Below are positions 1-14,292 of a DNA stretch of 64,000 bases, one piece after another (position 1 is the first letter of the stretch; each line of letters starts with the position of its first letter). The translations under genes and the position numbers were made by a program. Where the stretch lies: positions 114,454,001 through 114,518,000 of the forward strand of contig NC_058368.1 of the NCBI RefSeq assembly GCF_018350175.1. Reading direction: 5' to 3'. Under the pieces are notes generated by a model, which ran no database searches, had not been told where the DNA came from, and saw nothing but the letters and a program-made list of their open reading frames with translations. This stretch comes from Felis catus. Its lineage: Eukaryota.

Positions 1-994
1 AATAAATAAATATAAATAAGAATATAAAAAGAATTTATAATAAGAAAAAAAGCATGATTTGTTAGCAAATACAAAAATTAGATTATATCATACCTGTGTT
101 ATATATATTGAATATAAATTGAATATATACTGACTTATAGGATGAAATGTAATTGTTTATGGATTTATAGGTAGTCAAATAATACTTTTATGACTTGTTT
201 AGAATTCTTAACTTTTCCCCTTAAAATATCACATTTTTTACAATTGTATTTGATTTTATAATTTTTATGTCTTGTTTTTAATTTTTTTAATTCTTAAATA
301 TTATTTTAAATTTTTTAATGTTTATTCATTTTTTTGAAAGAGACACACACACAGAGCATGAGTGGGGGAGGGAGAGAAGGAGGGAGACACAGAATCTGAA
401 GCAGGCTCCAGGCTCTGAGTTGTCAACACATGAGATCATGACTCAAGCCGAAGTCAGACACTTAACCGACTGAGCCACCCAAGTGCCCCCATTTTTTGTT
501 TTCATTTTCAAGAGAGAGAGAGAGAGAGAGAGAGAATCTCAAGCAAGTTCCACACTCAGCACAGATTCCGATGCGGGGCTCAATCCCAAGACCCTGGAAT
601 AATGACCTGAGCTGAAAACAAGACTCAGATGCTGAACCAAGTGAGCCAACCAGATTTCCCTATGTCTTGCTTTTAAATAATAAGAAAACAGAAGTTTGGG
701 GGGGGGGCACCTGAGTGGTTCAGTTGGTTGAGTGTCAGCCTCTTGATATCAGCTCGGATGATGATCTTTTAGACACAGGATGGAGCCCTGCATCAGGTTT
801 CATCAGGTTTCTCACTGGGTTTCTCCCTGCCCCCTGCCTCAAAAATGAATAAACATTAAAAAAAAAAAAAGAAAAGAAAAAAGATTTCAAGATGCCTTTG
901 GCAAGCACTTCTCCACAAACAACACATTTTGGGTGTAACCAGTCTCTTGTCCCAATGAAAAGCTAAATTGGATAGAATTGTCATGCATTTTTTT

Positions 995-1040
<46 letters not shown>

Positions 1041-1699
1041 ATGAAGGAGAGGAGGGACAGAGGGAGGGAGAAGGAGGGAAAGGGAGAAGGAAAGAGAGAG
1101 AAAGAGAGAGAATCCCAAGTAGGCTCCATGCTCAGCATGGAGCCCAACTCGGAGCTCCATCCCAAGACTCTGGGATCATGACTCATGACCTGGCCAAAAT
1201 CAAGAGTCAGATGCTCAACCAACTGAGCCACCCAGTCACCCCAATTTTTTTTTACAGTATTTAAAACCAGAGTCATTCTAGTTGTATAATTACTTTGTAT
1301 TGTTTCTTAATGTAATATTATATAATATTTATTCCTCTACCATCCCTCCTCCCCAATCCTTCCTATGACATAGACTTTGTAGCTTTCTATTTTATAATGC
1401 ATTTTTTCTATTACAAAAACAATGTATGGTTGGTGCGCCTGGGTGGCTCAGTCAGTTAAGCATCTGACTTTGGCTCAGATCATGATCTCACGATTTGTGG
1501 GTTAGAGCCCCATGTTGGGCTCTGTGCTGACAGCTCAGAGCCTGGAGCCTGCTTCAGATTCTGTGTCTCCCTCACTCTCTGCCTCTCCCCTGCTTACACT
1601 CTTTCTCTCTCTCAAAAATAAATAAACATTTAAAAAAATAATAACATATCTTCAATGTAGAAAACTTGAAGGATACAATAATCATGAAGAATAATAAAT

Positions 1700-2830
1700 A
1701 TACTACTACATACCTATATTAGAATGACCAAAATCCAGAACACTGACAACACCAAATGCTGGCAAGGATGTGGAACAATAAGAATTCTCATTCATTGCTG
1801 CTAGGCATGTGAAATGTAAAAATACTGTGGAAGACAGTATGGCAGTTTCTTACAAAACTTTACATTTAATATACAATCCAGAGCAATCATGCAACCAAGG
1901 GAGTGGAAAAACCTATATTACACAAAAACTTGTTTATAGCAGTTTTATTCAAAATTTCCACAACTTGACAACAATCAAGATGTCCTTTGGTAGGTGAATG
2001 GATGAATAAACTGGTACATCCAAAAAATGGAATGCTATTCAGCACTAAAAAGAAATGAGGTATCTGGGGAGCCTGGTGGCTCGGTTGATGAAGTGTCCCA
2101 CTCTTGATTTTGGCTAAGATAATGATCTCACAGTTGGTGACTTCAAACCCCACATCAACTTCCCTTCCGTGCTGACAGTTCAGAGCCTGGTGCCTGCTTC
2201 GAATTCTGTGTGTGTCTCTCTCTGCCCCTACCCCACTTGTGTTCTCTCTCTCTCTCTCTCTCTCTCAAAAATATATAAACATTAAAAAATTATCTTAAAT
2301 AAATAAAAATAAACTTAAAAAAAAAGAAATGAGCTATTAAGCCATGAAAAGACACAGAGAAAATTTCAATGCATTTTACTAAGTGAAATAAGCCAATCTG
2401 AAAAGGCTAGACATTGCATAATTCCAACTATATGACATTCTGGAAATGACAAAACTATAACCACAGTAAAAATCAGTGGCTTCTACCGGTTGGGTGAGAG
2501 TAGAATGAATAGGCATAACACAGAGGATTTTTAGGACAGTGAAACAACTCTGTATGATACTGTAAGGCTGAATACTTGTCATTATACACTTGTCTAAACC
2601 CATGTACAACACCCAGAGTGAATCCTAATGTAAACCCTAGACTTTGGGTGGTAAGGATGTGTCATGGTAGGTTCACCAACTGTATACCACTCTGGTGGGG
2701 AATATTGATAAGAGAGAAGCTCTGCACATATGAGGCAGGGAGCATACAGGAAATCTCTGTAACTTCTGCTCAACTTTGCTATAAACCTAAAAACTACTAA
2801 AAACATGAAGTCTATTAAATGAATGAATAA
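1700..2830 (+). mobile_element. Old L1 (L1M-type) 3' end, interrupted by a SINE at about 2066-2325
   Basis: L1 ORF2-end/3'UTR phrases (aatgctggcaaggatgtggaac, ggataaactggtacatcc-like, ctaagtgaaataagccaatc). Confidence 0.75.
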
Positions 2831-5796
2831 ATAGAACATTACCATATAAGTCCCATACAAAAGAAATAACTGGTTTCTGAATATTTTAATCCACCTGTGT
2901 ACATAGCTTCATACTATCTTATTGTCCACATTTGTTACATAATTCACTATGAGCATTACCCCATCATTAATAAATATTTTTCCCCTTCATGCTCTTCAAA
3001 GTTGCATGGTAATCCATTATATGTATGTATCATAAACATACATAACCAGTCTCTGTGTTGGACCTGTATCTTATAATCATAATTTTTATAACCATAATTT
3101 TTTAAATTTTTTAAATTTTTACTTTTTATTTTATTTTAGAGAGAGAGCATGAAGAGAGGGGCAGAGGGAGAGAGAGAGAGCATCTTAATCGGGCTCCTTG
3201 CTGAGTGTGGAGCTTGACATGGGGCTCAATCCCACAACCCAGGGATCATGATATGAGCTGAAATCAAGAGTTACATGCTCAACCAACTGAGCCACCTATG
3301 TGCCCCTATAACCATTAACTAGTATTTCAGCATCAAGGTGGCTTATGCTTCAAAGTCCTTTTTTAAAAATATTTTTAGAGGCACCTGGGTGGCTCAGTCA
3401 GTGAAGTGTCTGACTTCAGCTCAGGTCGTGATCTCATGGCTCATGAGTTTGAGCCCCAGGTCGGGCTTTGTGCTGGCAGCACAGAGCCTGATTGAGATTC
3501 TTTCTCTCTCTCCCTCTCTCTCTCTGCACCTCCCCTGCTCGTTCTCTCTCTCTCTCTCAAAAATAAATAAACATTTAAAAATTTTAAATATTTTTACATT
3601 TTATTTTATAGAGAGAGAGATCAAGCAGGGGAAAGGGGCAGAGAGAGAGAATCTCAAGCAAGCTCCATACTCAGTGTGGAGGCTGACAACGGGCTCCATC
3701 CCACGACCACGAGATCATAACCTGAGCCAAAATCAAGAGTCAGATACTCAACCAACTGAGCCACCCAGGCGCCCCTATGCTTTGGAGTCTTTAATTATTA
3801 CCCACTGTGGGTACATTTTAAATATTTGTATGACTTAAAATAAAACACTACAATAGTAAAAACCACCTCGGAGACTTCCAGTGCACAGGTGCATAAAAAA
3901 TCATTTCATGTTCATCTGACCATCAGGAACTACCTCACACTCATTCTTTCATTTAACCAAGACTCAAAACTGTTCCTTTTTTCAAAAGGAAAATATTTAA
4001 ATAATTATCTTATTTGTGAAGTGTTTAAAAAAATGAAAGCCACTGTCCTTACCTTTAGTGATGTGGAGCCTGGAACACCTGTGTGACTCCCCCCACCCTG
4101 AACTCCACCAACTTGCCCCTCTATACACCACCAATCTCAGCCTAATTCAAAGGTATTTCATCTCCAAACTGACATTAAGCATCTTTTCACCTTTCTTCTC
4201 CTCTCTCCAGAGGTAGAATGGTGGTAGTAATAAGAGTTCTTTTTTGGGGGAATATCATTTATTATTATATCATTTATTCCATGCCATCAAATAAGGATTA
4301 TAACAATAATTTCTGCTATTCACTTGGGGTAATAAATGAAAGAGATAGTCCCCATAATATATTTAGAGAAATTTTTAACATAATAAGTTTTGGAGAAATG
4401 TAATATAAATGTAACATTCTTTTTTTTTTAAGTGTTTTTTTTCTTAAGTAATCTCTATACTCATTGTGGGACTTGAACTCACAACCCTGAGATCAAGAGT
4501 TGCATGATCCACTGACTGAGCCAGCCAGGGGCCCCAAATGTAAGGTATTCTTGAACACTTGGCTAGTCTCTTTACATATCTGATCACCAATCTTTGTGAC
4601 AACCCTGTGAAGCAGGTATCATTACCCCTATTTTACAGAGCAGAAATAGAGGCCCAGGCAACATATGTGAGGCAACAAGTTCTGTCTAACTAAAACTCAT
4701 ATTCTTCCACTACATTCCATAATGATAAGAAATTATTAATTCATCTTATGTGTATGGTTTACCATTTACAAATCATTTTCAAATGTTATCTTATTGAATC
4801 CCATGAAGTAGACCTATCTCTTTTTTTAAATGATAACAAGACCTACTTTAGAGACTTGTTATGGCAATGAGAGATAGGTACACCTAGTAGGCACTGCCAT
4901 TTCTATGAGAGGACACACAGCATGGGTTAGGAGTCATTCAGCCATGCAGAGGTAAAGAAAGCAAGACTCCGCATTGCTAGGTCAAACCTCTTCCCCCCTT
5001 TGATGGCTGTCATCTAGAGACAGCCCAGATTGGAGATCCAGAAGAGCTGAAATCCACCTTGATCTAAACATATCTGAGAAAATCTCCCCTTTCCCACTCC
5101 TTCTCCCCACTGGGCTTCAGTTTTCCCCCTTGTAAAATGATAGCGTTGTGCAAGATGACTTCCAAGATTCCTTCTGCATCTGATAATTTCTGATTGGAGA
5201 CTGGAATTCAGACTGCCTCTGCAAAAGTCAGGGGAGAGAAAACAACCTCCTTGTTTTTTAACAGTAAGTGAATGAAAAGGTAGCAAAAGTAATGAAGAAT
5301 TAAGTCAAAGTTATGGCTGGGATGCACAGCTCCACTCACATTGAAAGTCTGTGAGCCCCCTCCAGAAACCAGGTTCCATCCAAAGTGAGAGACCTAAGTC
5401 TCTCATTACCTCACCTACTTTCCAACAAGGACTATTCCCCTTGGCATAATATTTGATGGATACCTTGAAGGGGAGATGAGGTGAGAGGAGCCCAGAGTTC
5501 GATCTCTGTACTACAGTCAGAGATTGTATTTTCACTTGTCAGATGCCGCCTCTTTTTTTTTTTTTTTTAACTTTTTTAATGTTTATTTTAGAGAGAGAGG
5601 GAGAGAGACAGCATGAGCAGGAGAGGGACAGGGAGAGAGGAAGACACAGAATCTGAAGCAGGCTCCAGGCTCTGAGCTGTCAGCATAGAGCCTGATGCAG
5701 GGCTTGAACCCAGGAACAGTGAGATCATAACCTGAGCTGAAGTCGGCTACTCAACCGACTGAGCCACCTAGGCGCCCCACACAACTGTTTTTCAAC

Positions 5797-6011
5797 GTTT
5801 TGTTTTTTTTTTTTTTTAATTTATTTTTGGTACAGAGAGAGACACAGCATGAACGGGGGAGGGGCAGAGAGAGAGGGAGACAGAATCGGAAACAGGCTCC
5901 AGGCTCCGAGCCATCAGCCCAGAGCCTGACGCGGGGCTCGAACTCACTGACCACGAGATCGTGACCTGGCTGAAGTCGGACGCTTAACCGACTGCGCCAC
6001 CCAGGCGCCCC
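5797..6011 (-). mobile_element. Young felid CanSINE (SINEC_Fc-like), within a run of three minus-strand SINEs (5550-6385)
   Basis: Reverse complement of the same element; target-site duplication CACACAACTGTTTTT. Confidence 0.9.
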
Positions 6012-6179
6012 TCACACAACTGTTTTTAATGCCCCTGCTGGGAAGAAACTTTACTCTGTTAGTGAAGAAGAAAAGGAGAGAGGGAGAGAAAGATTTTAAT
6101 GTATTTTAGCTAATTATTGGGTAGGGTTTTTTTTTGTTTTGTTTTCTGTTTTAATTTTTCTAATATTTATTTTATTTCT

Positions 6180-6212
<33 letters not shown>

Positions 6213-7071
6213 CATGAGTGGGGGAGGGGCAGAGAGAGAGCGGGAGACACAGAATCCAAAGCAGGGTCCAGGCTCTGAGCTGTCAGCACAGAGCCCAATG
6301 TAGGGCTCGAACTCACAAACTGTGAGATCATGACCTGAGCTGAAGTCAGACACTTAACCAACTGAGCCACCCAGGCGCCCCATGATTATTGGGTAGTTTA
6401 TATGTAATTTCTTCTCATTCTCACAATAGCCCTGTGTGATTGATTACTGACCATCAATATCATTGCCTTCCATTTTATAGCTGGAGAGGTTTAATTACTT
6501 GCAATTTGAACTCACGTCTCTCTGATTCTCAAGTTCATGTGTATTTCCATTACACCACAGAGTTATTGTCAGAGAAAAAAATGATAAATAATAAAATAAA
6601 TAAAATATAATACAAGAAGAAAGAATAAGGAGGAAAGCACTCCAAGAAGAATAAGAAGTTGTTAAATACAATGAGGCCCTAAATACAATCCGCTATGCCC
6701 TAACCCCAAGCTTGTCACACAGGCAGCTTCAGTGACAACTTTATCCAGTCACTTGCTATCCCACTTACCATTCTCCAGCTGCCCTTGGGATGTGTAGTAC
6801 AGTGAAGTATGACATACCTGAGGCCTCTGCTGGAAAAATCCAGTGTTCCCTGCTATAATGTGGGCTCTGGCCAACAGATGGAGCCATTTCCTCCCTACCC
6901 TCTCTTCAAACTGCTTATGTGAAAAAGCTGTTGCTCAAAGCTGTGAGGTCCGGGGACAGGAGGACTGTGGCTATCACCAGACACCAGAGGCTAAAGAAGG
7001 GTGAGGGCTAACTACTGCCAAGAAGAATTTATTACATCTAAACCCGGTGAGGATTGAAAGAACAGTCAGTT

Positions 7072-7297
7072 CCAGCAGAGTTTTGACCCTATCAACATTA
7101 TGGGACAGACAATTCTTTGCTGGGGCTGGAGGAGGGCTGTCCTGTGTATTGTAAGATGTTTAGTGTCTCTGGATTTCACCCACTAGATGCTAGTAGCATG
7201 CCACTATCCCCCAGCTGTGACAACCAAAACTATCTCAAACATTGCCAAATGAACTGGGGAAGGGGGATCCAAATCACCCTTACTTGAGAACCACTGG
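7072..7297. mobile_element. MER20-like hAT DNA transposon
   Basis: cccactagatgctagtagc...tgtgacaaccaaaa...ttgagaaccactg, as in the recalled MER20 consensus. Confidence 0.75.
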
Positions 7298-8119
7298 TTC
7301 ACAACCAATAGTCATGTAGGAACAGGGGTCTATATATAATGGACTCCTGGTGACCTTGGGGGAATGTACTCTGCCCTGAAAATCCAGTTTCTAATGCTTT
7401 AAAGTTCGGGTGAGGCTCTTAAGATAACTAGCAGCCCTCACTTAATGAGTAAGAAAAGTCAAGAGGGTCTCAAAGAAAAGGGGGGAGAATGAATGTGGAG
7501 TTGAAGCCCTCGTAGTTATGATTGTACTGTGAGGCGGAGTTACTTTTTATCCCTACTTTAAAGAAAAAAAAAAAAAAAAACCACCTGAGGCTCAGAGAGA
7601 TTAAGCAACTTGCCTAAGGTCAAACAGCTAGGAAGTGATAGAATTGGGATTCAAACCTGGGACTATCTCCAAAGCCTTATGCTGCATCTTTAGAATTCTA
7701 AGAACTTTATCTTCCATTTATTCATTCATTCATCCACCCATGTGTTCATTTACAACAACCTACCTAGCTCTCACTGTGTGCCAAGTTCTGGGAGAGTAAT
7801 GAATGAGACAGTCAACCCCCACATTCATGGAATTTGTCTAGCACTCTTTTTAATGCTTATTTATTTATTTTGAGAGGGATTGAGAGTGAGAGGAAGAGGG
7901 AGAGAGAGAGAGAAAGAGAGAGAAGAGAGAGAGAGGAAAGAGAGAGACAGAATGAATCCCAAGCAGGCTCCCTGCTGTCAGTGAATTGTGACCTCAGCCA
8001 AAATCAAGAGTTGGGACTTTTAACTTAGTGAGCCACCCAGGCACCCCCATACAAGGAATTATTTAATAACAGTTATGATAAGAGCTATGAAAGAAAAGCT
8101 TAGGGAGCTATATGTGTGC

Positions 8120-8575
8120 TAACTATCCCTGGAGATGGGCCCTTTTGCAGTGTGACTTTATATCAAGAGATTAGTTACACTATTTCCCTGCCTTTGAATT
8201 TGTGCTGGCCTTGTGACTTTCTTTAACCAATAGAATGCTGTGGAAGTGACAATGTTATGTGACTTCTGAGCCTTGGCCTCAAGGGGCCTTGTAGTTTCCA
8301 CTGCCACTGTTTTGCTGCCAGAAAATCACGATGTAAGGAAGCCTGAGGTTAGCCTACTGGCTGTCTCAGACATTCCACCTGTCCTAGCTGTTCCCATCAT
8401 TCTGGCTAAGGCTCCTGACATATGAGAGAGGCTATCCAGAAAGAGCTAGCACCTAGTCAACCCAACAACTGATGGCAGCTGCAGAGGTCACCCCAGGCAA
8501 GACTGAGCCCAGTCAAAATCACAGAAGCACGAGCAAATACATGGTTGAGGGTGGTTTGTTACCCAGACAGAGAAA
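8120..8575 (+). mobile_element. MaLR (MLT1-type) solo LTR
   Basis: ctggccttgtgactttctttaaccaatagaatg...gaagtgac, typical of MLT1. Confidence 0.65.
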
Positions 8576-10700
8576 ACCAATTCAAAGCCCTACCCTGGTC
8601 TGGGGGTGGGAGTGAGTTGGGTGGTTTCCTTGAAAACATTAGGTGCAAACTGAGACCTGGAGTAAGTGAGAGTCAGCACGGTAGAGAATGGGAAAAGAGT
8701 ATCCAGGCAGCATAGACAACAGTTTGAAGGCCTGGAGCTAAATGTGAACTCTGGGGGGTGCCTGGGTGGCTCAGTCAGTTGAGTGTCTGACTTCAGCTTG
8801 GGTCATGGTCTCAGGGTTTGTGAGTTCAAGCCCCACATCAGGTATGCTGCTATCACCCTGTCAGCACAGGGTCTGCTTTGGATCTTCTGGCCACCGCCCC
8901 CCCCCCCCCCCCCCCGTCCATCCCCCACTCACTCTTGCTCTCTCTCTAAAATAAATAAATAATTAATTAACTTTAAAAAAAGATGAACTCTGTATGTCTG
9001 AGGACCTCAGCAGAGAATGGGCAGCATAAGATGGTGTAAAGAGACAGGGGAGCCCAACACTGTAAGCAATGACCACCAATGAGTGGAATGCTTTATTTAC
9101 TACCCACTGCCCATCTCCATCCCCAGATCTACTTTTTGTAATATTCTGGATACACTCACCGGCTGTGTCAAGCATATACATTTCATATATCATGTATGTT
9201 GAAGAATTAAAAAGTTGAAAATATAGATGGACATTAACCTGGCTCCCAGGAGCTTGGGGAAGGTTGAGTCACAGACTTCTGGGGATGAACAATATGAATA
9301 TGACAAGGCAGCCTGAGCACAAAGGAAAAAATGTATTTTTAATAGCTGTGATGACCATCTAAGCTATTATGGCTGTACCTTCACTGATCTAAGCTCATAC
9401 TTAAATGGAAATTTACTTGAAAAGCCCTTTCTTTGCATAATGGAAAGGCAGGCTTGTCTAATTCCATTTCCCCAAGGTAATAGCCCCAGGATGTAATGGG
9501 ATGCCTTGATACCAGCCCTGCTCATCAGGGGCTCACAGCCTGGATACCCCCCTTCTGGTGTCCTTTATCCCTATGACTCAGGAAGGTCCCCCTAAGGATG
9601 CCTCACCTCCAAGGTCACTGCTGAGAACTGTAGGGAAGAGGGAGTATTGATGGGACTGACATCATTGTGTTGCTCCTTCTCTTTATCTCTGAGGGAGATA
9701 ATCCAGCAGGAGCTCCCTCAGCAGGAGCATCAGACTGAGCCTGATCACAGCACATTCCCATTAGGCAGGCTTTCCCAAGGACAAGGACAAGACCCCACAT
9801 CTAGGCCACTCATTGCTTCCAGCTGGGGAGAAAGGTGCTCTGGATGTGGCTCTGTTTTTATCCAACCTGGCAACTCCTGACTTTTCTCCTGTTGGGAAGA
9901 GGGTCCCACTGCTAGGCCCTACCAAACAGGGGTGGGGTTTACATTAAAAAAAATTTTTTTTTTAAGTTTATTTATTTTTTTGAGAGACAGAGCATGAGCA
10001 GGGGAGGGGCAGAGAGAGAGGAAGATAGAATCCGAAGTTGGCTGTCAGTGCAAAGCTCAACGTGGGGCTTGAACCATGAGATCATGACCTAAGCCGAAGG
10101 TGGATGCTCAACCGGCTGAGCTACCCAGGCATCCCTACATTTTCTTAACTATGAATATTCACTTAGAATAACAAAAGAAGTCATAAAAAATGATACATTT
10201 TAAAACACCGACAAATCCCAGAAGCACAACAAAATCCAGGGAGGAAAACCATATGTGTTTATTAACTGCCTGACATCCATCCCTCCATAATATATTTTTC
10301 TCTACATTTTAGGCTGCACAGTTTTTAAAAATGTTTTGAACGCTTTGGGCACCTGGGTGGCTCAGTCAGCTAGACATCCTGCTCTTGATTTCGTCTCAGG
10401 TCATGATCTCACGGTTCTTGGGATCGAGCCCGGTATGGTTGGGCTCTGTGCTGACAATGCAGAGCCTGTTTGGGATTCTTGCTCTACCCTTCTCTCTGCC
10501 CCTCCCCCCAACACACTCATACGCTCCCTGTCTCTCTCTCAAAAATAAACTTTAAAAAACATTTTTTTTTAACCTTTCACTTCAACCCTGGCTCACAAGA
10601 GCTTCCTTTTGTTTTTCTTGTTCTTGTTTTTGTTGTTGTTGTTGTTGAGGTATAAGATACACACAAAAGTACATATTTTCACATGTGAAAAGTGCAGTAC

Positions 10701-11114
10701 TGTGAACCAATGATGTAAGGAGAAACATTTTTAAAATAAAGCTAGAGAAGTCATTTGAGAAACGGCTTGCATGTCCTGTTTTCTAAACCTTTGAACTGGA
10801 CCAAACCACCAATATTCTCAGAAGTCAGCAGGGACAAGAAAATCCTGTTTGAAAAGACTGATACTGACTTTTGCCCAGTGATTACTTCACCTGACCAATC
10901 AATGAAGTACAAGCCTAGTCCTCCTTATCAGCACCAATCAACTCTTCTTAAAAACAACTTACCTAATCTTTCTTTTCTCCCCTATAAAAACCTTGAGTCC
11001 ATCTCCTAGAATCAGGACACTGTTTGGGTTTCCACATAAGTCTGTGCACTCTGAGTTGCAATTCTTTTATCCCAAGTTTTTCCTTTGAGCTGGTTTCTTG
11101 ATCTTAGGTTGACA
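10701..11114 (+). mobile_element. ERV solo LTR inserted into an old L1 fragment
   Basis: TGTGAACC...TTAGGTTGACA termini, CCAAT boxes, TATAAAA at about 10984; L1-like sequence resumes on both sides. Confidence 0.65.
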
Positions 11115-14100
11115 TTTCATTTCAATGATTTTTTTTTTACATATGTGCACATTCATATAACCACCACCCCGATCAAGATATACAACATTTCTGAAAGGTG
11201 TCTACCCTTAACCCAATTTTATTACTAATAATACCATTTTTTAACATTGACTGAGGTCCAGGAATTAAGCTAACTGCTTTATGTGCATGGTATTCATTTG
11301 ATCCTCACAACAAAGTACTGCCATCATCCCCATTTTACAGATGAAAAAACTGAGGCTTGGAGATTTTAAATGCCTTGCCTAAGGTCAGCCACAGAAACAG
11401 TTGCCAGTGTGGCACTCAAACCCAGGTCTGCCAGGCTCCAAGGCCCACGTGCCTAACCAGTGTCATAGCATGGGGCACCTACTGGCACTACTTCAAAGTA
11501 ACCTGCCTCCCCCATTTTTGTCTTTGATTGCTTATGTTCTCCAGGAACCTCTGCATTCCCTTTAAAACTTGGATAGACCAGTCTCTGCCCTCAGCATACC
11601 ACCTCCCACAAGCTCAGTGCCCGATTCCTGTCCTCTGAGGTAGACATCAGAGGACCATCTACCACCCCATTGTTTCTAAAGGCCACAGTGGCCACTCTGG
11701 TGGGCTTTGAACCCTCCCTGAGAAAACAGCACAGTTCTTACACTTGCCCAGGGTCCATGAGTGTAGAAGGTGCATCTCAGAACTGGGAATGCTCTTTATC
11801 TGGAGTTGGAATGGAAATGTCATGGGCTTTGAAGTCATGTGGTCTTTGGACAAATCCTGCTCCAGTCATTTCCTAGACAAGTAACCATGAGCAATTTGTT
11901 TCATCTCTTTAGAAGGACACTTCCCCTATCTTGATTGGGAGGATATTAAGATAAGCTTGCTGGGGTGGCGCCTGGGTTTAAGCATCTGACTTTGGCTCAG
12001 GTCATCATCTCATGGTTCCTGAGTTTGAGCCCCACATCAGGATCTGCGCTGATGGTGCAGAGCCTTCTTGGGCTTCTCTCTCTCCCTCTCTCTCTCCCTC
12101 TCTCTCTCTGCCCCTTCTCTGCTCTCTCTCTCTCAAAATAAATAAAATAAACTTTAAAAAACAAAGAGAAGCTTGCTTGTAGGGTTGTTTTGAGAATGAA
12201 ATGAGATCATTGCAGGCATACGGTAGGTACACAAAAAGTGTTGCATTTTTTTTTTTTTTAAGATTTACTGATTTTTGAGAGAGCGCAAGTGGGGGAAGGG
12301 CAGAGACAGGGGGACAAAGGATCCGACGCAGGCTCTGCACTGACAGGCTGACAGCAGCGAGCCCTATATGGAGCTTGAACTCACTAACTTCAAGATCATG
12401 ACCTGAGCTGAAGTCGGATGCTCAGCCGAGTCACCCAGGAGCCCCAAAGACTTGCATTTTCAACAGGCATAGGGTCTGGCGTCCTTTCACACATGCCAGA
12501 TTACCAAGTGGGTCCAGGACAGGAAATAATCAACCACAATACATTTATAAGTGGTGGCAAATAACAAGAGGTAAGGGAGAAGAAGGGAGCCAGGAAGGTG
12601 AAAGACCTGGGCAGAGAGAATGAAGTACAAGCTGAGTCCTGAGTTGGCACCTCAGGCTTCAGACTGAGCCTTTACTGGAGCAGCCTGGCTCTGAGCATTG
12701 AAGCTTCCCTCGTCTTTGGATGGCCTTCCAGGTAGCTCACAGCTTGCACCTGTCTACTCGAAGGTCCCAAGTTGACCCAAGTTCAGTAAACACATCTCCA
12801 CAGAGGTGACCTCATGCTGAGGTAGCATCTGGTTCAGTCCAGGCTTTGGCCAGGGCACACACAGAGACCTGCACAATAGGCCTTAGCAAGAGAAATGCAA
12901 CTTCTCTCCTGTCTTTCTAATTTGGGAAGGCAGACAAGAGGGCTAAACCCACTCCCCTTCTACACTGCCCTAAAAAGAAGAAAAACCACGAGTGCCCATT
13001 CACTAAGCAGCATTGGGGGTGAAGCGGGAAGGGGTCTGCACACTCACCCAAGTCAAAGCTAACCGTGAAGCCTAGTTTTCTCTAATTCTCACATCTCTGG
13101 GAAGGAAGTATTATTTCCTCCTTCACAGCTATGAGGAAATTGAGGCTCTGAGAAGTTAACAGCAATGGCACAAGGCCAGTGGGTGACCAAGCCAGGATCC
13201 AAACCAAGACTTACCCCTAAGATCTTGTCCTTTTAACTAGTACGTTTCCATTTACATTAACCTTTGTAGTAAATGTTAGTGTTCCAAGTTGGGAGTTGAA
13301 GAACCTCAGGCTCAGAGAAATTTAGCAACTTGCCTGCAAGTACACAATTATTATTTTGCCCCACTACTCTCCTTGCTAATCTCTGACATCCCGTCTTTTG
13401 CTCTGAAGGAGCCTATCATTTGTTGACTCAGACTGGAGCTGGCTGGGTAAGTGTCCAATCTCCTATTTGCTCCACCATCGTGCCTAGTACATGTGGCCCG
13501 CTTGTGGCCTCCATGCTTAGCCATGATCGTTAACTGAAACTAATCCCAAATTGCTGCCACAAGCTCTCCTCTGAAGGCCCCTTGGGTCCATAGAGGTGTG
13601 ATGACCTCAGATTGGGCCAAAGGCAATAACCGGGAGCTGTTGGCATCCAGCCTGGGGTAGCAGCCAGAAGGCCCCAAAGCAAGTCTGATTTAATCCCATA
13701 ATGGAAAGTGACTCAGATAAGGCTTTTATCAATCATTCCTGGGCTGCTGGGGGCGGGGACCATCCCAGAGTCATGAAGGCAAATATCCTGGGGCCACACA
13801 AAAGTGTGCAAAGGCCTGGCCCCACTGGAAGGTCCAGGAGAAAATGGAGATATCAAGAGGCATTCGGAAATACTTTGCTCAAATTTCCAGGACTGAGAGA
13901 ACAAGAGAAAGAGGAGGATACTGGTGAATCCATGTATTCAGGTAGAGAGGACATCAAAGCCTAACACTTAAAATAATAACAACAACGGGGTGCCTGGGTG
14001 GCTCAGTCGATTAAGCATCCTACTTCAGCTCAGGTCATGATTTTGCAGTCCATGAGTTTGAACCCCACATCGGGCTCTGTGGTGATAGCTGAAAGCCCGT

Positions 14101-14253
14101 AGCCCGCTTTGGATTCTGTGTCTCCCTCTCTCTCTGCCCCTCCCCTGCTCAAGCTCTGTCTCTCTCTGTCTCAAAAAAAAATAATAATAATTATAATTAT
14201 AACAATAACAGCAATTATTTATGAGGCATTATATTAAGCATTTTTTAAAATAT

Positions 14254-14292
<39 letters not shown>

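Noticed and set aside
887..6370. Many ORFs beginning MAQSV/WVAQ or rich in ERER/SLSL (also found throughout the window)
   Set aside because: Translations of CanSINEs and their (CT)n tracts.
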